IMG/VR virus record: IMGVR_UViG_3300024262_000019
Location: 1-64,000 of that record
Direction: 5' to 3' (one strand)
Length of the DNA: 64,000 nucleotides
Source of the DNA: a virus
Shown here: positions 11,101 through 19,544 of the stretch, in pieces
Layout of the letters: every line of letters starts with the position of its first letter
Numbering within the stretch: position 1 is the first letter of the stretch
The notes under the pieces: generated by a model
What the model saw: only the letters and a program-made list of their open reading frames with translations
Told to the model about the DNA's origin: nothing
Databases searched by the model: none
Program-made: the position numbers and the translations under genes

Positions 11101-11550
11101 GGTTACCGGATCTGTTGGTGGATCTGTAAATTCAGAGGCCAGCGATGATTTGGATATCTTGCAGATAACGAATCTGAACCCACGAAAGTCAATCAGCGTC
11201 ATCCCGTTACGGAGACCATCAAACCTGTCGCCATCTACGCCGACGCTCATGAACACGCGAGATGTTCCGTCACCTAAGTTCTCAGTCTTAAGAATCGTCT
11301 CAGCCAGGGAGAACGTCTTGTCCGTTGGAGCTATAAGTGGATTCCTGAGCTGATCGTAGTCTCTTATCTTCCGTCGCAGCCCATCCATGGATGGAGCCAG
11401 TCCTTCTAGAAGGGCCCTGAGCGTCCCATTGCCAATAAGCTCATCCTGCTCTCGGTAGACGCTAGGTATCCCATCGACCATGGTCACAAGCGACCACGTC
11501 CACTCTCCGAAGCCACCGGAGCCGAACGCGCCGCCGCCGAACCCTGGCAC
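8131..11550 (-). CDS. baseplate wedge protein (P2 gpI-like core) with inserted domains
   Basis: 1139 aa; IPSVYREQD..LRALL..; LSFLASDVG..QRSYV...IWDVKGT motif; two internal ~115-aa repeats; C-terminal jelly-roll-like GWYVDDIEV. Confidence 0.7.
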   Translation of the reverse strand: MPGFGGGAFGSGGFGEWTWSLVTMVDGIPSVYREQDELIGNGTLRALLEGLAPSMDGLRRKIRDYDQLRNPLIAPTDKTFSLAETILKTENLGDGTSRVFMSVGVDGDRFDGLRNGMTLIDFRGFRFVICKISKSSLASEFTDPPTDPVTLAPTGKHIIVQNIGQSSTEFIPFASGTYAFEENPSVTPSIGTIVAVASASLIDGETFTLDDGVNPALIFEFDKVPDGAGANIAVDISLATSGITVADAMVTAINAATPLNLVASNLSGGSATVTITNPATGVEGDVAWSDTVADAGFIVTSPTGGGPGAFIFESPSTLSDNGSRLPPYAFNVEGSYVGGLNIANNRVTVSWKESGVDKSGSFTNEGRPGGDLADTSIIDLSVGAVATGQIRIYNDTGAAIDADSIRVTYTQEDDPPSEDAEINSQNILSFLASDVGIKLDRNDPEFLQRSYVNSAHKIWDVKGTELGYSVLGRYAGYFVSASPLYNIIESISLGLPSSTIFSFPSGTTASGGILSIPYSNLIDGETFTLDDGINPIVVFEFDKVPNGVSGANIAVDISGATTAIDVATIMVASINGAASLFLSASNGGGLLDFITVNNTVAGTSGNVLTWSETVSNAGFIVTQPSGGTSGTIFTTVDPRRPRFDEVAMDAIPMDLLCSDVLFPSTAQAVTVLSATQTADEGSNKRVTVIVSAADMSISFGTEGSFVDLSAATFVIENFQRIDSSTYSFETASFVVPSLGAGVVTWKTLKFIAPNTVTIAGIGTDVEDLGRQTLGYTGRRYRITKTFTDPVLGDYGNWAFIDNDGVVSYLESFENTTGTTYQFVIIATDPPAVGAANIFLKCEIVTDCNFCRASSILVRISPDTILDYPEALEGDALSRLIIRLEQMIPGHVRIAAFVYDPGPALASWAMSASSSSSEYAADDALYTAYFDEDEFPADLIPVDSAPIIATSEVTITNENVLEEYLAGADPLIAGTWTASGLWHITEYRSSTQFKSFNYGQNDVGRLGDGGAVAPDYDGVAIATVSRLISPAFGLLATDTAVVIRFRHYGDMRSGLVNDLVRVEVFKGAGLFYTIGKASLGLDGTGTNGSITTYSEDIQAMVVADDNYHLEFVFDTAGAASGAGTGEGWYVDDIEVQVTPV
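9670..10986 (-). repeat. two diverged ~350-bp internal repeats (9670-10026 and 10636-10986) in the baseplate gene
   Basis: LIDGETFTLDDG(V/I)NP...FEFDKVP..GANIAVDIS.AT....A..MV..IN.A..W..TV..AGFIVT.P.GG occurs twice, with visible DNA similarity. Confidence 0.9.
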
Positions 11551-11591
11551 TACCTATGCCTCCAAATCACATTTTTGCGATCAAACGTCAT

Positions 11592-12050
11592 CTAATTCCC
11601 ACAGATCCTAATTCGAGCCCGGATCCTACTCGTCTCCGTAACCGTGCCACGCAAGCGCTTGCGCAGGTCAACCTTGCCTGAGATCTTCCTCGACGAATCA
11701 ATCACTCCTCGCATCTGCTGGACGGACCTTAACTCACCACGAAGCACAGGAGACCTCCTGATGTATCCCTTGAGGCGAAATATCTGAGTCTCAGGAAGGG
11801 CTGCGGCTGTATCCAGGAAGAAAATCTGAATCACATCTGGGCATTTCCCGATAGATCTGGGAGCTTCTTTCAGAGTCACAGATCCAGCAGACGGATCTGT
11901 TTCAAACCAACCATCGTCGAGATTTCTCTCCATGAGCTGACCGTTTATAAAAACAGCAGTACTTCCAGGACCATAAGGACGCGACACTGTAAAAACAGTG
12001 TTGGCTCCGTCAATGATCCCAGAAGGGACTTCGAACCGAGGACTCGACAT
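11592..12050 (-). CDS. putative virion structural protein (small beta module plus basic tail)
   Basis: G..DGANTVF....Y.PGS..VF.NG module shared with 12092-12319. Confidence 0.65.
   Translation of the reverse strand: MSSPRFEVPSGIIDGANTVFTVSRPYGPGSTAVFINGQLMERNLDDGWFETDPSAGSVTLKEAPRSIGKCPDVIQIFFLDTAAALPETQIFRLKGYIRRSPVLRGELRSVQQMRGVIDSSRKISGKVDLRKRLRGTVTETSRIRARIRICGN
11650..11663. repeat. palindrome CGCAAGCGCTTGCG, copy 1 (intragenic)
   Basis: perfect 14-bp palindrome, also present at 29776-29789 and 41191-41204. Confidence 0.8.
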
Positions 12051-12091
12051 ACCCAGGGATAGGTATATATCTTTCTGTAGGTAAGCTCAAC

Positions 12092-12319
12092 CTACTGAGG
12101 GATGTAGTACGCCTGCATCACATCCGTCGGCCTGGGGGGCTCATTCATTAAGATCCGCTTGTTGCCAAGCTCTTTCCATCCATCAGAAAGAGATCCTTCT
12201 CCGACGATGCCATTCACGAACACTCGAACGCTACCAGGAATATAGCTTCGACTGGTCTTGAAAACCATGTTGAAGCCATTCGTAACCCCTGATAACTTCT
12301 CGATAATAGGGAATGACAT
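12092..12319 (-). CDS. putative small virion structural protein
   Basis: 75 aa; paralogue of the N-terminal module of 11592-12050 (SGVTNGFNMVF..Y.PGSVRVFVNG..DGW.E). Confidence 0.65.
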   Translation of the reverse strand: MSFPIIEKLSGVTNGFNMVFKTSRSYIPGSVRVFVNGIVGEGSLSDGWKELGNKRILMNEPPRPTDVMQAYYIPQ

Positions 12320-12327
12320 GAGGCAAA

Positions 12328-14949
12328 CTACGTCGCCAATTTCTCCAGTTCATCGAAGCGAGACTGGGGAGGCTCAAGGCCACTGACGATCGTAAAGACC
12401 ATCATACCCGGCTTATTCCACTCGTAGATCCCACTATGTAGAGTAATTCCTTCGTTACCCAGGGCTCGACCTAGGCTACTAAAAGCGTAATCGATGTTCT
12501 CCATCGGCACTTCCTCAAGCACATCATCGTGAGCCACGACGATAGCTCCAGCCATATTGGCCTTGTTGAGGTCAAACCCATCGGCCAGGAGAGATCCAGT
12601 CAGGTTCTCTCGAACGGCCTGGCTGATATCCTCCTTCTCCTCCCACTCATCCACCCGAGTCATGCCGAAAATCAGGATGCCATTCCTCAGGACCGACCTA
12701 AAATCAGCCCTGTCAAATGTGTTTCCAGTTACATATACGGTTCCTTTGCGACGAGCGACGAAATAAGTATTTGGAACAACTGGACACCACACCCCCTGCT
12801 TCGCATCAAATTCTCGCACATGCTGCTTCTGAATCTGAGTCGTATGCCTTCGCAGAATCGTCGATATCCATACACCATCCATCTTCGGAATATTGCTTAG
12901 CTTATCAGACTTAGGCTCATACTCGCTCATATCCCTCCAGCGAGATGTTGATGCCCACCCCGATAAAGTACAAAGCATCTGAAAAGCATCAACCCCAGCT
13001 TCTTTTCCAGACGTAAAACATCGCTGACGACCGTCGGTTCCAGCTAGATTCCCATCCCCAAGCCTCATCGACTCCAGCATAATCTTAGCCTGGGAAGATG
13101 TTAGACGGCATGCAACATCTGGCGTCAGAGTTCGCTCAGGAAACAACGCATTCAAAATCTCTGCAGTGGAGCGATCTAGACGCCACACAACCTGACCGCT
13201 CGCCTCCCTGACACCTCGATGGTCGCAGCAATCCAAGCGATTCATGAGGCCATCAATCCTTGCAACCTTGCCCGGATTTGCACGCTCGCTTTGATAGATA
13301 AATGCACGAGCACGATCCCCCGCGTAGGTCCTGTTTTTTTGAAGTTTAATTTCCTTCTCTGGGAATACTTGGCAAGTACCGTCAGTGAGAAACCATCCCA
13401 TCAACTCCACGAAGTCGTCAGTCCAAGGCGAAGATCTTGGACCTATATACGTTCCTGTCCTATGAATTCGGTCATGACCAGACGTTGAAAGATCTTTTGT
13501 AACCTTACATAGATCATTACCCTTGTAGTCAGTCACGAGCCAGCGGTGATCCGGAGTTGCGACAGCGCTCAGTGTGCGAGTCTCGATCTCTACCAATTTA
13601 CCCTCATACTCTGGCCAAAGCTTAAGATCAGTCATACCTTGCCATTCCAATTCACCTGATTCAGCATTCTTGGTGAGCAAGACATCGCCTGGATCTAAAT
13701 CGAACCCCTTAACCCACCCACGCTGAGTCAGTGCCTCCGTTTCTGCATCAAGACAGTTGTATTCACTGTCCTGGGCCGCCAGAAGGTTGAAGGTATGCAG
13801 AATTGCTGCAAAATTCTGGTTCGCAACCGGCCAGAATTTCTTCACCGGCAAGCCTGGGTACAGGTCGTGGATTTTGGCGTTATCGACAATGACCAGAGTG
13901 CTGATCTTATTTGCCTCTACAAGCTCCACAGCCTGCTGCAAGGCCATCCTAGCGTTCGCCTGCACCCTTGAGCCCTCGGTGCGCTTAGGCATCGTCATGA
14001 TGATTCCTAAGTGCTTCTCGATAGGCTTCTCGACATTGGTTGAGTCCCCATACTCCTTCATGGCTTTCAGAAGCACTGGCCATGATCCAGTCCCAGACCC
14101 TCCGCCAGCGCCAACGCAGACAAACATCTGCTCCACGCCCTCGCCCCAGGAGCGCATGAACAAGTCCATAATCTTCTCGTAGCACTCCTTGGCCGCAAGC
14201 CGGCCCTGCTCTGGATCCTTACCAGCCCCACCACGATCCTTGCCGATGACAAGCTTATCCTTGATGGTCAGCGACGATAGATCCTGCTCAGTCGTATTTA
14301 CCGCACAAACCCGGCTATAGCCCATGTCGTAGAACGCCTGAGCTATCCGCCCGCCACCCTGGCCTGCGCCAACAAAAGCCATCTGAACCGCTGCATTGAA
14401 CTTGTCCTTCTTGCCCTCTTTTTTCTTGCCCTGGTACTGTTCAAGATTGGCACCGGGAATATCGATTCCAGTACCAGAGATAGCTGGCTCAGGCGCCTCG
14501 GAAACCAATTGAGCCTCTGGATCTTTGGCTTTCTTTTTCCTCGTAGGAGGAGCGTTGTAGAGAGGATCTGTGAAGTCGGGAAGGTCGTTACTCATTGGTT
14601 CTTCTTTCTCATCCTGCGCGATTACTGGCTCGCGCTTCTCATCGGGAGATTCTCTGGCTGGTGTGAACTTCTTCTGCACCTCAGCAATTCGAGGAGCCTC
14701 GGGAGAGTCCTTTTCATATGGCTGAATGCTAATCCGTATCACATCACGTTGCACTAACTGCTGCAATAGATCTGCTACCTTAAAGCCAGATCGATGAGGC
14801 CACTGGGACTCTATCTGTTCCACGGTGCATACCGCATCAACCGACGCACCGGCGGGTATCGCCAGCATGTGAAATGGCGGTGGAAGGTCCACCCCGCCAA
14901 GCTCACAGATATCCGAAGCTGATATATTTCTTATGGTTACGATTATCAT
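12328..14949 (-). CDS. FtsZ/tubulin-family GTPase (phage tubulin-like) with intein and N-terminal extension
   Basis: VGAGQGGGRIA, AVNT, GAGKDP..G, tubulin signature GAGGGSGTG, IVDN, T7 loop N/TFDRAD, C-terminal IVSGL; interrupted by a 345-aa intein. Confidence 0.9.
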   Translation of the reverse strand: MIIVTIRNISASDICELGGVDLPPPFHMLAIPAGASVDAVCTVEQIESQWPHRSGFKVADLLQQLVQRDVIRISIQPYEKDSPEAPRIAEVQKKFTPARESPDEKREPVIAQDEKEEPMSNDLPDFTDPLYNAPPTRKKKAKDPEAQLVSEAPEPAISGTGIDIPGANLEQYQGKKKEGKKDKFNAAVQMAFVGAGQGGGRIAQAFYDMGYSRVCAVNTTEQDLSSLTIKDKLVIGKDRGGAGKDPEQGRLAAKECYEKIMDLFMRSWGEGVEQMFVCVGAGGGSGTGSWPVLLKAMKEYGDSTNVEKPIEKHLGIIMTMPKRTEGSRVQANARMALQQAVELVEANKISTLVIVDNAKIHDLYPGLPVKKFWPVANQNFAAILHTFNLLAAQDSEYNCLDAETEALTQRGWVKGFDLDPGDVLLTKNAESGELEWQGMTDLKLWPEYEGKLVEIETRTLSAVATPDHRWLVTDYKGNDLCKVTKDLSTSGHDRIHRTGTYIGPRSSPWTDDFVELMGWFLTDGTCQVFPEKEIKLQKNRTYAGDRARAFIYQSERANPGKVARIDGLMNRLDCCDHRGVREASGQVVWRLDRSTAEILNALFPERTLTPDVACRLTSSQAKIMLESMRLGDGNLAGTDGRQRCFTSGKEAGVDAFQMLCTLSGWASTSRWRDMSEYEPKSDKLSNIPKMDGVWISTILRRHTTQIQKQHVREFDAKQGVWCPVVPNTYFVARRKGTVYVTGNTFDRADFRSVLRNGILIFGMTRVDEWEEKEDISQAVRENLTGSLLADGFDLNKANMAGAIVVAHDDVLEEVPMENIDYAFSSLGRALGNEGITLHSGIYEWNKPGMMVFTIVSGLEPPQSRFDELEKLAT
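12721..13755 (-). mobile_element. intein with LAGLIDADG-type endonuclease domain in the tubulin gene
   Basis: block A CLDAETEALTQRGW, block B ATPDHRW, LMGWFLTDG and MRLGDG endonuclease motifs, block F/G VWCPVVPNTYFVARRKG..YVTGN followed by Thr+1. Confidence 0.92.
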
Positions 14950-14968
14950 CTATCCCCGTGGGGGATAG
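14950..14968 (-). promoter_or_regulatory. hairpin covering the ribosome-binding site of the tubulin gene
   Basis: CTATCCCC-CAC-GGGGATAG directly before ATG 14949; 8-bp perfect stem containing the only SD-like sequence. Confidence 0.55.
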
Positions 14969-14996
14969 CAGCAGATTGGCAGGCAATTGGCAATAG

Positions 14997-15194
14997 TCAC
15001 CAGAACCAGTGGCCAAGTAACACACCAACCGCCCCGATGAATAGAATGCGGAACCACGGGTGTCGGTTACCCGTGTTGCGGATGATCTCCGAGTACGTGT
15101 TGCCGGGTGTCTTGTCAAAGTTTAGCTTCACGTCGATGGCCAGGAAGAGGGCGATGATGACGACGAGAAAGATGGTGACTTGGAATGTGGTCAT
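14997..15194 (-). CDS. small two-TM membrane protein (holin-like)
   Basis: 65 aa with two hydrophobic segments; ATGA overlap with the upstream gene; function not established. Confidence 0.6.
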   Translation of the reverse strand: MTTFQVTIFLVVIIALFLAIDVKLNFDKTPGNTYSEIIRNTGNRHPWFRILFIGAVGVLLGHWFW

Positions 15195-16294
15195 TCGTCC
15201 TCGCTCAATCCGTATAGGGTAGCCGTAGCTTCTTCACCACCGTATGGAGTATCGTGCTCCAAGTAGATATCAATCTGCATACCAAGACTTGACGAGAGGA
15301 TGATGCCAGCTGCGTACTCCCAAGGATAACCTTGACGGTCTTTCTTATTCATTCTCCAGTTGCCAGCGGCGTCAGGATTTGTTGACTTGAATATGACAGG
15401 GAAAGCACCATTGGATTCTCGAATGAAATCATCTTCGGTGTTGTAAATAGTAGGACTGGCGATGTCGATGAGGGTGCCATCAGGGACAGGCCCTCCGTTG
15501 GATACAGCCATCGCTGGAGCAACCAACTCAACTATTGCCCGTGGTTGGAAGATGATGGTGTCGGTCAAGTTATAGTCTTGGCTGAACTGGGTCTCTACGT
15601 TCTTGAGGGTGATTTTCTTCCCAGATGTCGGCTTGATGGTGAAACGAGACGACTGTACCTTGTGGTACGTGAGCTTGACTTGCTTTCCTGCCTGGCTCAC
15701 ATCGAAAGTGACCTTTCCGTTGGCGTAGTCCACCGAGTAGTTCCCAACATCGGTGTGTTTGTCTTTCTCAGAAACAGCAGCACCGTCAACAGTGCAGGCT
15801 AGGGCGTAGCTGTGATCTTCAGCATCAGAGATGGCGTGCTCCCCAAATATCTTTCCTCGTGTGGCACTAACAATTGGTTTGTGGATAGTGTTGAAGGTCA
15901 GCCCATCACCAGAGTCAGTGATGACTTCATCCACCACACGTGCAGCGTCTGTGTACCAAGTCGTCTTGTCGGTGAAGTTGTGAGAGACAAAGTTCTTCCG
16001 GCTTCCTACAGTAGCAACCGATTCGGCTTTGACGTTGCCTTCAATCTTCACCATCGGGGTAGTGTCAAGCTTAATTCCCGTGTGCGCTGCAATGACAGCG
16101 CTCAGGGCAACCACTTCAACAGCGTCGAGAGCATCCTTGAAGACAATAGAGACCACGTCACCGACGAGCATGATGCGAGAAACAGCGTGGTAGATGTCTG
16201 GCGACTGTTGGATTTCCTTCTTAAGATATGACGGGACGATGGAGCCAGAGAAGTCGATGGCCATGCTCTTGGTGTATGCCGTTTCGGTTGCCAT
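15191..16294 (-). CDS. putative virion structural protein
   Basis: 367 aa; N-terminal domain shared with 16294-16950; contains a YSVDYANGKVTF beta module. Confidence 0.65.
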   Translation of the reverse strand: MATETAYTKSMAIDFSGSIVPSYLKKEIQQSPDIYHAVSRIMLVGDVVSIVFKDALDAVEVVALSAVIAAHTGIKLDTTPMVKIEGNVKAESVATVGSRKNFVSHNFTDKTTWYTDAARVVDEVITDSGDGLTFNTIHKPIVSATRGKIFGEHAISDAEDHSYALACTVDGAAVSEKDKHTDVGNYSVDYANGKVTFDVSQAGKQVKLTYHKVQSSRFTIKPTSGKKITLKNVETQFSQDYNLTDTIIFQPRAIVELVAPAMAVSNGGPVPDGTLIDIASPTIYNTEDDFIRESNGAFPVIFKSTNPDAAGNWRMNKKDRQGYPWEYAAGIILSSSLGMQIDIYLEHDTPYGGEEATATLYGLSEDE

Positions 16295-16950
16295 TAGTTG
16301 ACCCTCCAGAATTCCAGACGTGCTCGATAAACAGTAACTTCGTAGTCGTCTTCATCACAGCGGATGTCGATGTCAATACTGGGAGTTTCCCCTGCTGTGA
16401 ATTGAGCGTGGTAGAAGCCACTTGCGACATGTCGTTGGTCGGTGCCACTTCCTCCAATGGAGTCACCGCCGCTATCTTTCGGCTTTTGTGTATGACGGTT
16501 TATCTCGGTTGTATCGTCCAGATGCACCCGAAGATTGAAATCATCACTCGTGGTGTCCGCAGACCACTCGTAGAACCATGCGATACGATACACACCATCC
16601 GAAGCGAGTGGAAGGGGGGTCAGAGACAACACTTCCACCCAATCGTCATCCATGACGACTTGAACGCTCTCTTGCGATGAGTAAGTGTACGCTTTCCCAA
16701 ACGCCTCTTTTTGTGCGTCAATTTCGGCTTGGTGAGTCATAGCCGCTGGGTTGTGTGCGGCTATTGCTGCGTCGAGCGTATAAATCTCGGAGGTGTTTAG
16801 GGTGCCAGAAAACTCGAACAGTAGGTCATCTCCAGATTGTGTAAGCTGCTTGAGCTTACCCGGCAGCGCAATGGCAAGCTCCGAGTGTAGTATTGCTGTA
16901 TTGATACCGCCGATAAAATCAACGGACAATTGCTTGGTTATTATGCTCAC
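16294..16950 (-). CDS. putative virion structural protein (mosaic of both neighbours)
   Basis: probable GTG start overlapping the upstream TAG; N-domain like 15191-16294, C-domain (G.YRI.W...AR.E.WRV) like 16950-18455. Confidence 0.65.
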   Translation of the reverse strand: MSIITKQLSVDFIGGINTAILHSELAIALPGKLKQLTQSGDDLLFEFSGTLNTSEIYTLDAAIAAHNPAAMTHQAEIDAQKEAFGKAYTYSSQESVQVVMDDDWVEVLSLTPLPLASDGVYRIAWFYEWSADTTSDDFNLRVHLDDTTEINRHTQKPKDSGGDSIGGSGTDQRHVASGFYHAQFTAGETPSIDIDIRCDEDDYEVTVYRARLEFWRVN

Positions 16951-18455
16951 TATGCAACCCTCCACAACTCAATGCGGGCATCGGCTATACCCGCAGTGTT
17001 TCCGTTGGCTGTGTTGTACCGGATTATGAATGTCTTAGCTGCACCGCTGAACACGATGTGAGCGTGTCCTCCCACCATGATTCGGCTGTCGGTATCTTCT
17101 GGCTCATGTACTTGGATGACTCCTACTACCTGTGCGTTTGTAGAATTCCACAATTGGGCCTCCACACTGGAAGAATTACTGCTCTGGTCTACGACAGCGT
17201 GCCAACCAATTCGATATGTTCCAGTCAAAGCTGGTGTAGTCATCGTGAGCTTGTTTTGAGGGCTTGATTCTGTTGACGTGCTCCTGGCCGTGCTTTCCAC
17301 TGTCTGATGGTTCGCACCAAAAATGGCAGTTGTCGCCGGAAGCCACCCGGCTGCGAGTTTTCCAGTACCGTCTGCTTTTGGGATAGCATTGGCTGCTGGG
17401 GTGGCCGTAGCGACTTCATCACTGCCGCCGTTCTTATGGCTTGCTGCGTGCGCCGTTGGGGTACGAGAATCACTTAGGCGTGCATCGTTGCCTGCACAGG
17501 ATTGTAGAGAACCAGTTCCTAGTGTGCGCATAGAAGGGGTGCCCGCTGTGCCGTCCTTGTTCGCCGTGGCTACTTTGGCATCCGTGACAGCAAGAGCAGC
17601 AATAGTCTGCGCCCCGTCACCCGCTGACGTTACATCTCCAGTATGATTTGGGTGCGAGTAACTAGTAGCACCGGGTGCGATTCCGTTCAGCTTCGTCTTG
17701 TCAGCCCCAGTCATGAAGCCGGAAGCGCCAGCAGCAATAGCGTCGTCGTGTAGCGAGCCGCCTGCTTGATTGCCGTGGGCGTGGATATGGTCTTCTCGGC
17801 TTCCCCAAACGGCTATGCCCTGCGCCGCCGTACCTACTGGTAACGGTACTGCGTTTGATAAGGCACGGAGTGACAGAGCGGAGACGCCAATATGCCCATC
17901 GATTGCGTGGACTCCGATGCAGACTCCGATTGGTTGCACGAAAGATGGACCAGTTGGGGGTGTTGATGTCCACCCACCAAGCACAGAATCGGAGAGGTAG
18001 ACGCCACCACCAACAACCAGCGAAGTGGTGTTCACGTCGTGCATGACGCCAGAAATCATCACGTTCCCGGCTACCGAATCTGTGATGGGTCCATCTGCCA
18101 GACCGACGCAGGGGAGCAGGGTCGTTGCTTGTGCCAACTCAATGAGAACTTCGTTGGCACCGTCATCGAATCCGACAACACGAACCGCTTGCCCTTTGGT
18201 GATGGTGCCTGCGGTGTTCTTGCGACAAGCGACAATGATTCGGTTGATGGATGATGCTACCGCTGTTCCAGATATCTCCACCCACGTAGGCACCGTGGAC
18301 GTGAGAATCCATAATGAGTAGTCGTCTGTTTGAACTGCGAGCTTGTAAAGGTCGGCTGTGACGAAGCCTGTGGCACCCGTTCGTGCTGCCGCATTCGCAT
18401 ACTCGTAATTGTGCGCTGGGTGGCGGGCTCCTAGTGATGATTCGCTGTGGTTCAT
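16950..18455 (-). CDS. fibre-like structural protein
   Basis: 501 aa Ala/Gly/Thr-rich; SREDHIH, DKTKLNGI, HPNHTGDVT and GNDARLSDSRTPTAH segments typical of phage fibre shafts. Confidence 0.7.
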   Translation of the reverse strand: MNHSESSLGARHPAHNYEYANAAARTGATGFVTADLYKLAVQTDDYSLWILTSTVPTWVEISGTAVASSINRIIVACRKNTAGTITKGQAVRVVGFDDGANEVLIELAQATTLLPCVGLADGPITDSVAGNVMISGVMHDVNTTSLVVGGGVYLSDSVLGGWTSTPPTGPSFVQPIGVCIGVHAIDGHIGVSALSLRALSNAVPLPVGTAAQGIAVWGSREDHIHAHGNQAGGSLHDDAIAAGASGFMTGADKTKLNGIAPGATSYSHPNHTGDVTSAGDGAQTIAALAVTDAKVATANKDGTAGTPSMRTLGTGSLQSCAGNDARLSDSRTPTAHAASHKNGGSDEVATATPAANAIPKADGTGKLAAGWLPATTAIFGANHQTVESTARSTSTESSPQNKLTMTTPALTGTYRIGWHAVVDQSSNSSSVEAQLWNSTNAQVVGVIQVHEPEDTDSRIMVGGHAHIVFSGAAKTFIIRYNTANGNTAGIADARIELWRVA

Positions 18456-18456
18456 T

Positions 18457-18834
18457 TCAAGCCTCTATCAAGACGTTGCCGTAGTTGTCTTCCGTAAGCA
18501 CGTCCCCTGTGATGTCATCTACCAGTACGTCGTCAATGTCGAATCCGCCAGCAAATGTCGTAGCCGCGAATTGCTTAGTTGTGGAGTTATACGCAAGTCC
18601 CTGACCGTTAGAGATTCCAGCCATGTCGATCTCATCAAAACCAACGGGCACATTTTTCGCTTGAATCACTTGTCGGACAGTGCCGCCCATACGAATACGC
18701 AGGGAATCCGTGACACGGCGTAGCGCACCATCTACCGTAGGATCCCCGGAGGCGTCACCGCCAGGACCTCGATCTTCGTATTGGGTCTCCTCCTCACTAG
18801 AGGGCCCAGGCGTTCTATCAGGTGTTCGTGCCAT
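18457..18834 (-). CDS. hypothetical protein
   Basis: 125-aa ORF, GAGG RBS, packed in the operon. Confidence 0.6.
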   Translation of the reverse strand: MARTPDRTPGPSSEEETQYEDRGPGGDASGDPTVDGALRRVTDSLRIRMGGTVRQVIQAKNVPVGFDEIDMAGISNGQGLAYNSTTKQFAATTFAGGFDIDDVLVDDITGDVLTEDNYGNVLIEA

Positions 18835-19528
18835 CCTCTGCTTTTGCTACTCCAGACTCATCTGCTTCTGCGATCTTATCTTTTTTACTCTTTCTCTTCT
18901 TACGTTTTAGTGGCTCATCACTAGCTGTATCCACCTTATCGGACGCTGCTTCCTCGGCATCTTGTGCCTTTCTCTGAGCTGCTACCCCCATCGCAGGGCG
19001 AACACCGGTGATCCTACCGCGTCCTGACTTACTGACCGACCCGTCATCCTCTATAAAGATTGCACCTGACTCAACAGCCTCTTCACGAGCGATTATCTTC
19101 TCATCTTCTCGCTCATACAGTGACTTAAAGTGATTGACCACTCTCTCGTATGCAGCAATCTCACCCTGTGTGGCGAGCTGCTGATTTGCATAGTGCTTCG
19201 ATCCGTTCTCTAAGGAGATTCTAGATCTTGTAACCTGTAAAATTGCATAGTCAGCAACCTGACTAGGATCCATTCCGTCGAGCTTTCCTTCTTCAAGATC
19301 CTTCTTAATCATCAATGCAATAGATGCGACTTCCTGAGATGACTTTAGTAGGGCCTTTTTGGCACCCTCAAAGGCGTAGTTGCTTCGCCTTGCCCCCTCA
19401 AGCCAATCATCGGCATCGCATCCACTGGAATGAAAAATAGCCTTACGGATCTCAGATTTATCAAACATCGAATAGACCATATCGTAGAAATGGGCCGCCG
19501 AGTATGCCGGCGACCCATTTTCAGTCAC
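18818..19528 (-). CDS. hypothetical helical/coiled-coil protein
   Basis: 236-aa ORF, charged, basic low-complexity C-terminus. Confidence 0.6.
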   Translation of the reverse strand: MTENGSPAYSAAHFYDMVYSMFDKSEIRKAIFHSSGCDADDWLEGARRSNYAFEGAKKALLKSSQEVASIALMIKKDLEEGKLDGMDPSQVADYAILQVTRSRISLENGSKHYANQQLATQGEIAAYERVVNHFKSLYEREDEKIIAREEAVESGAIFIEDDGSVSKSGRGRITGVRPAMGVAAQRKAQDAEEAASDKVDTASDEPLKRKKRKSKKDKIAEADESGVAKAEDGTNT

Positions 19529-19544
19529 TGATTAGTTAGACTTA

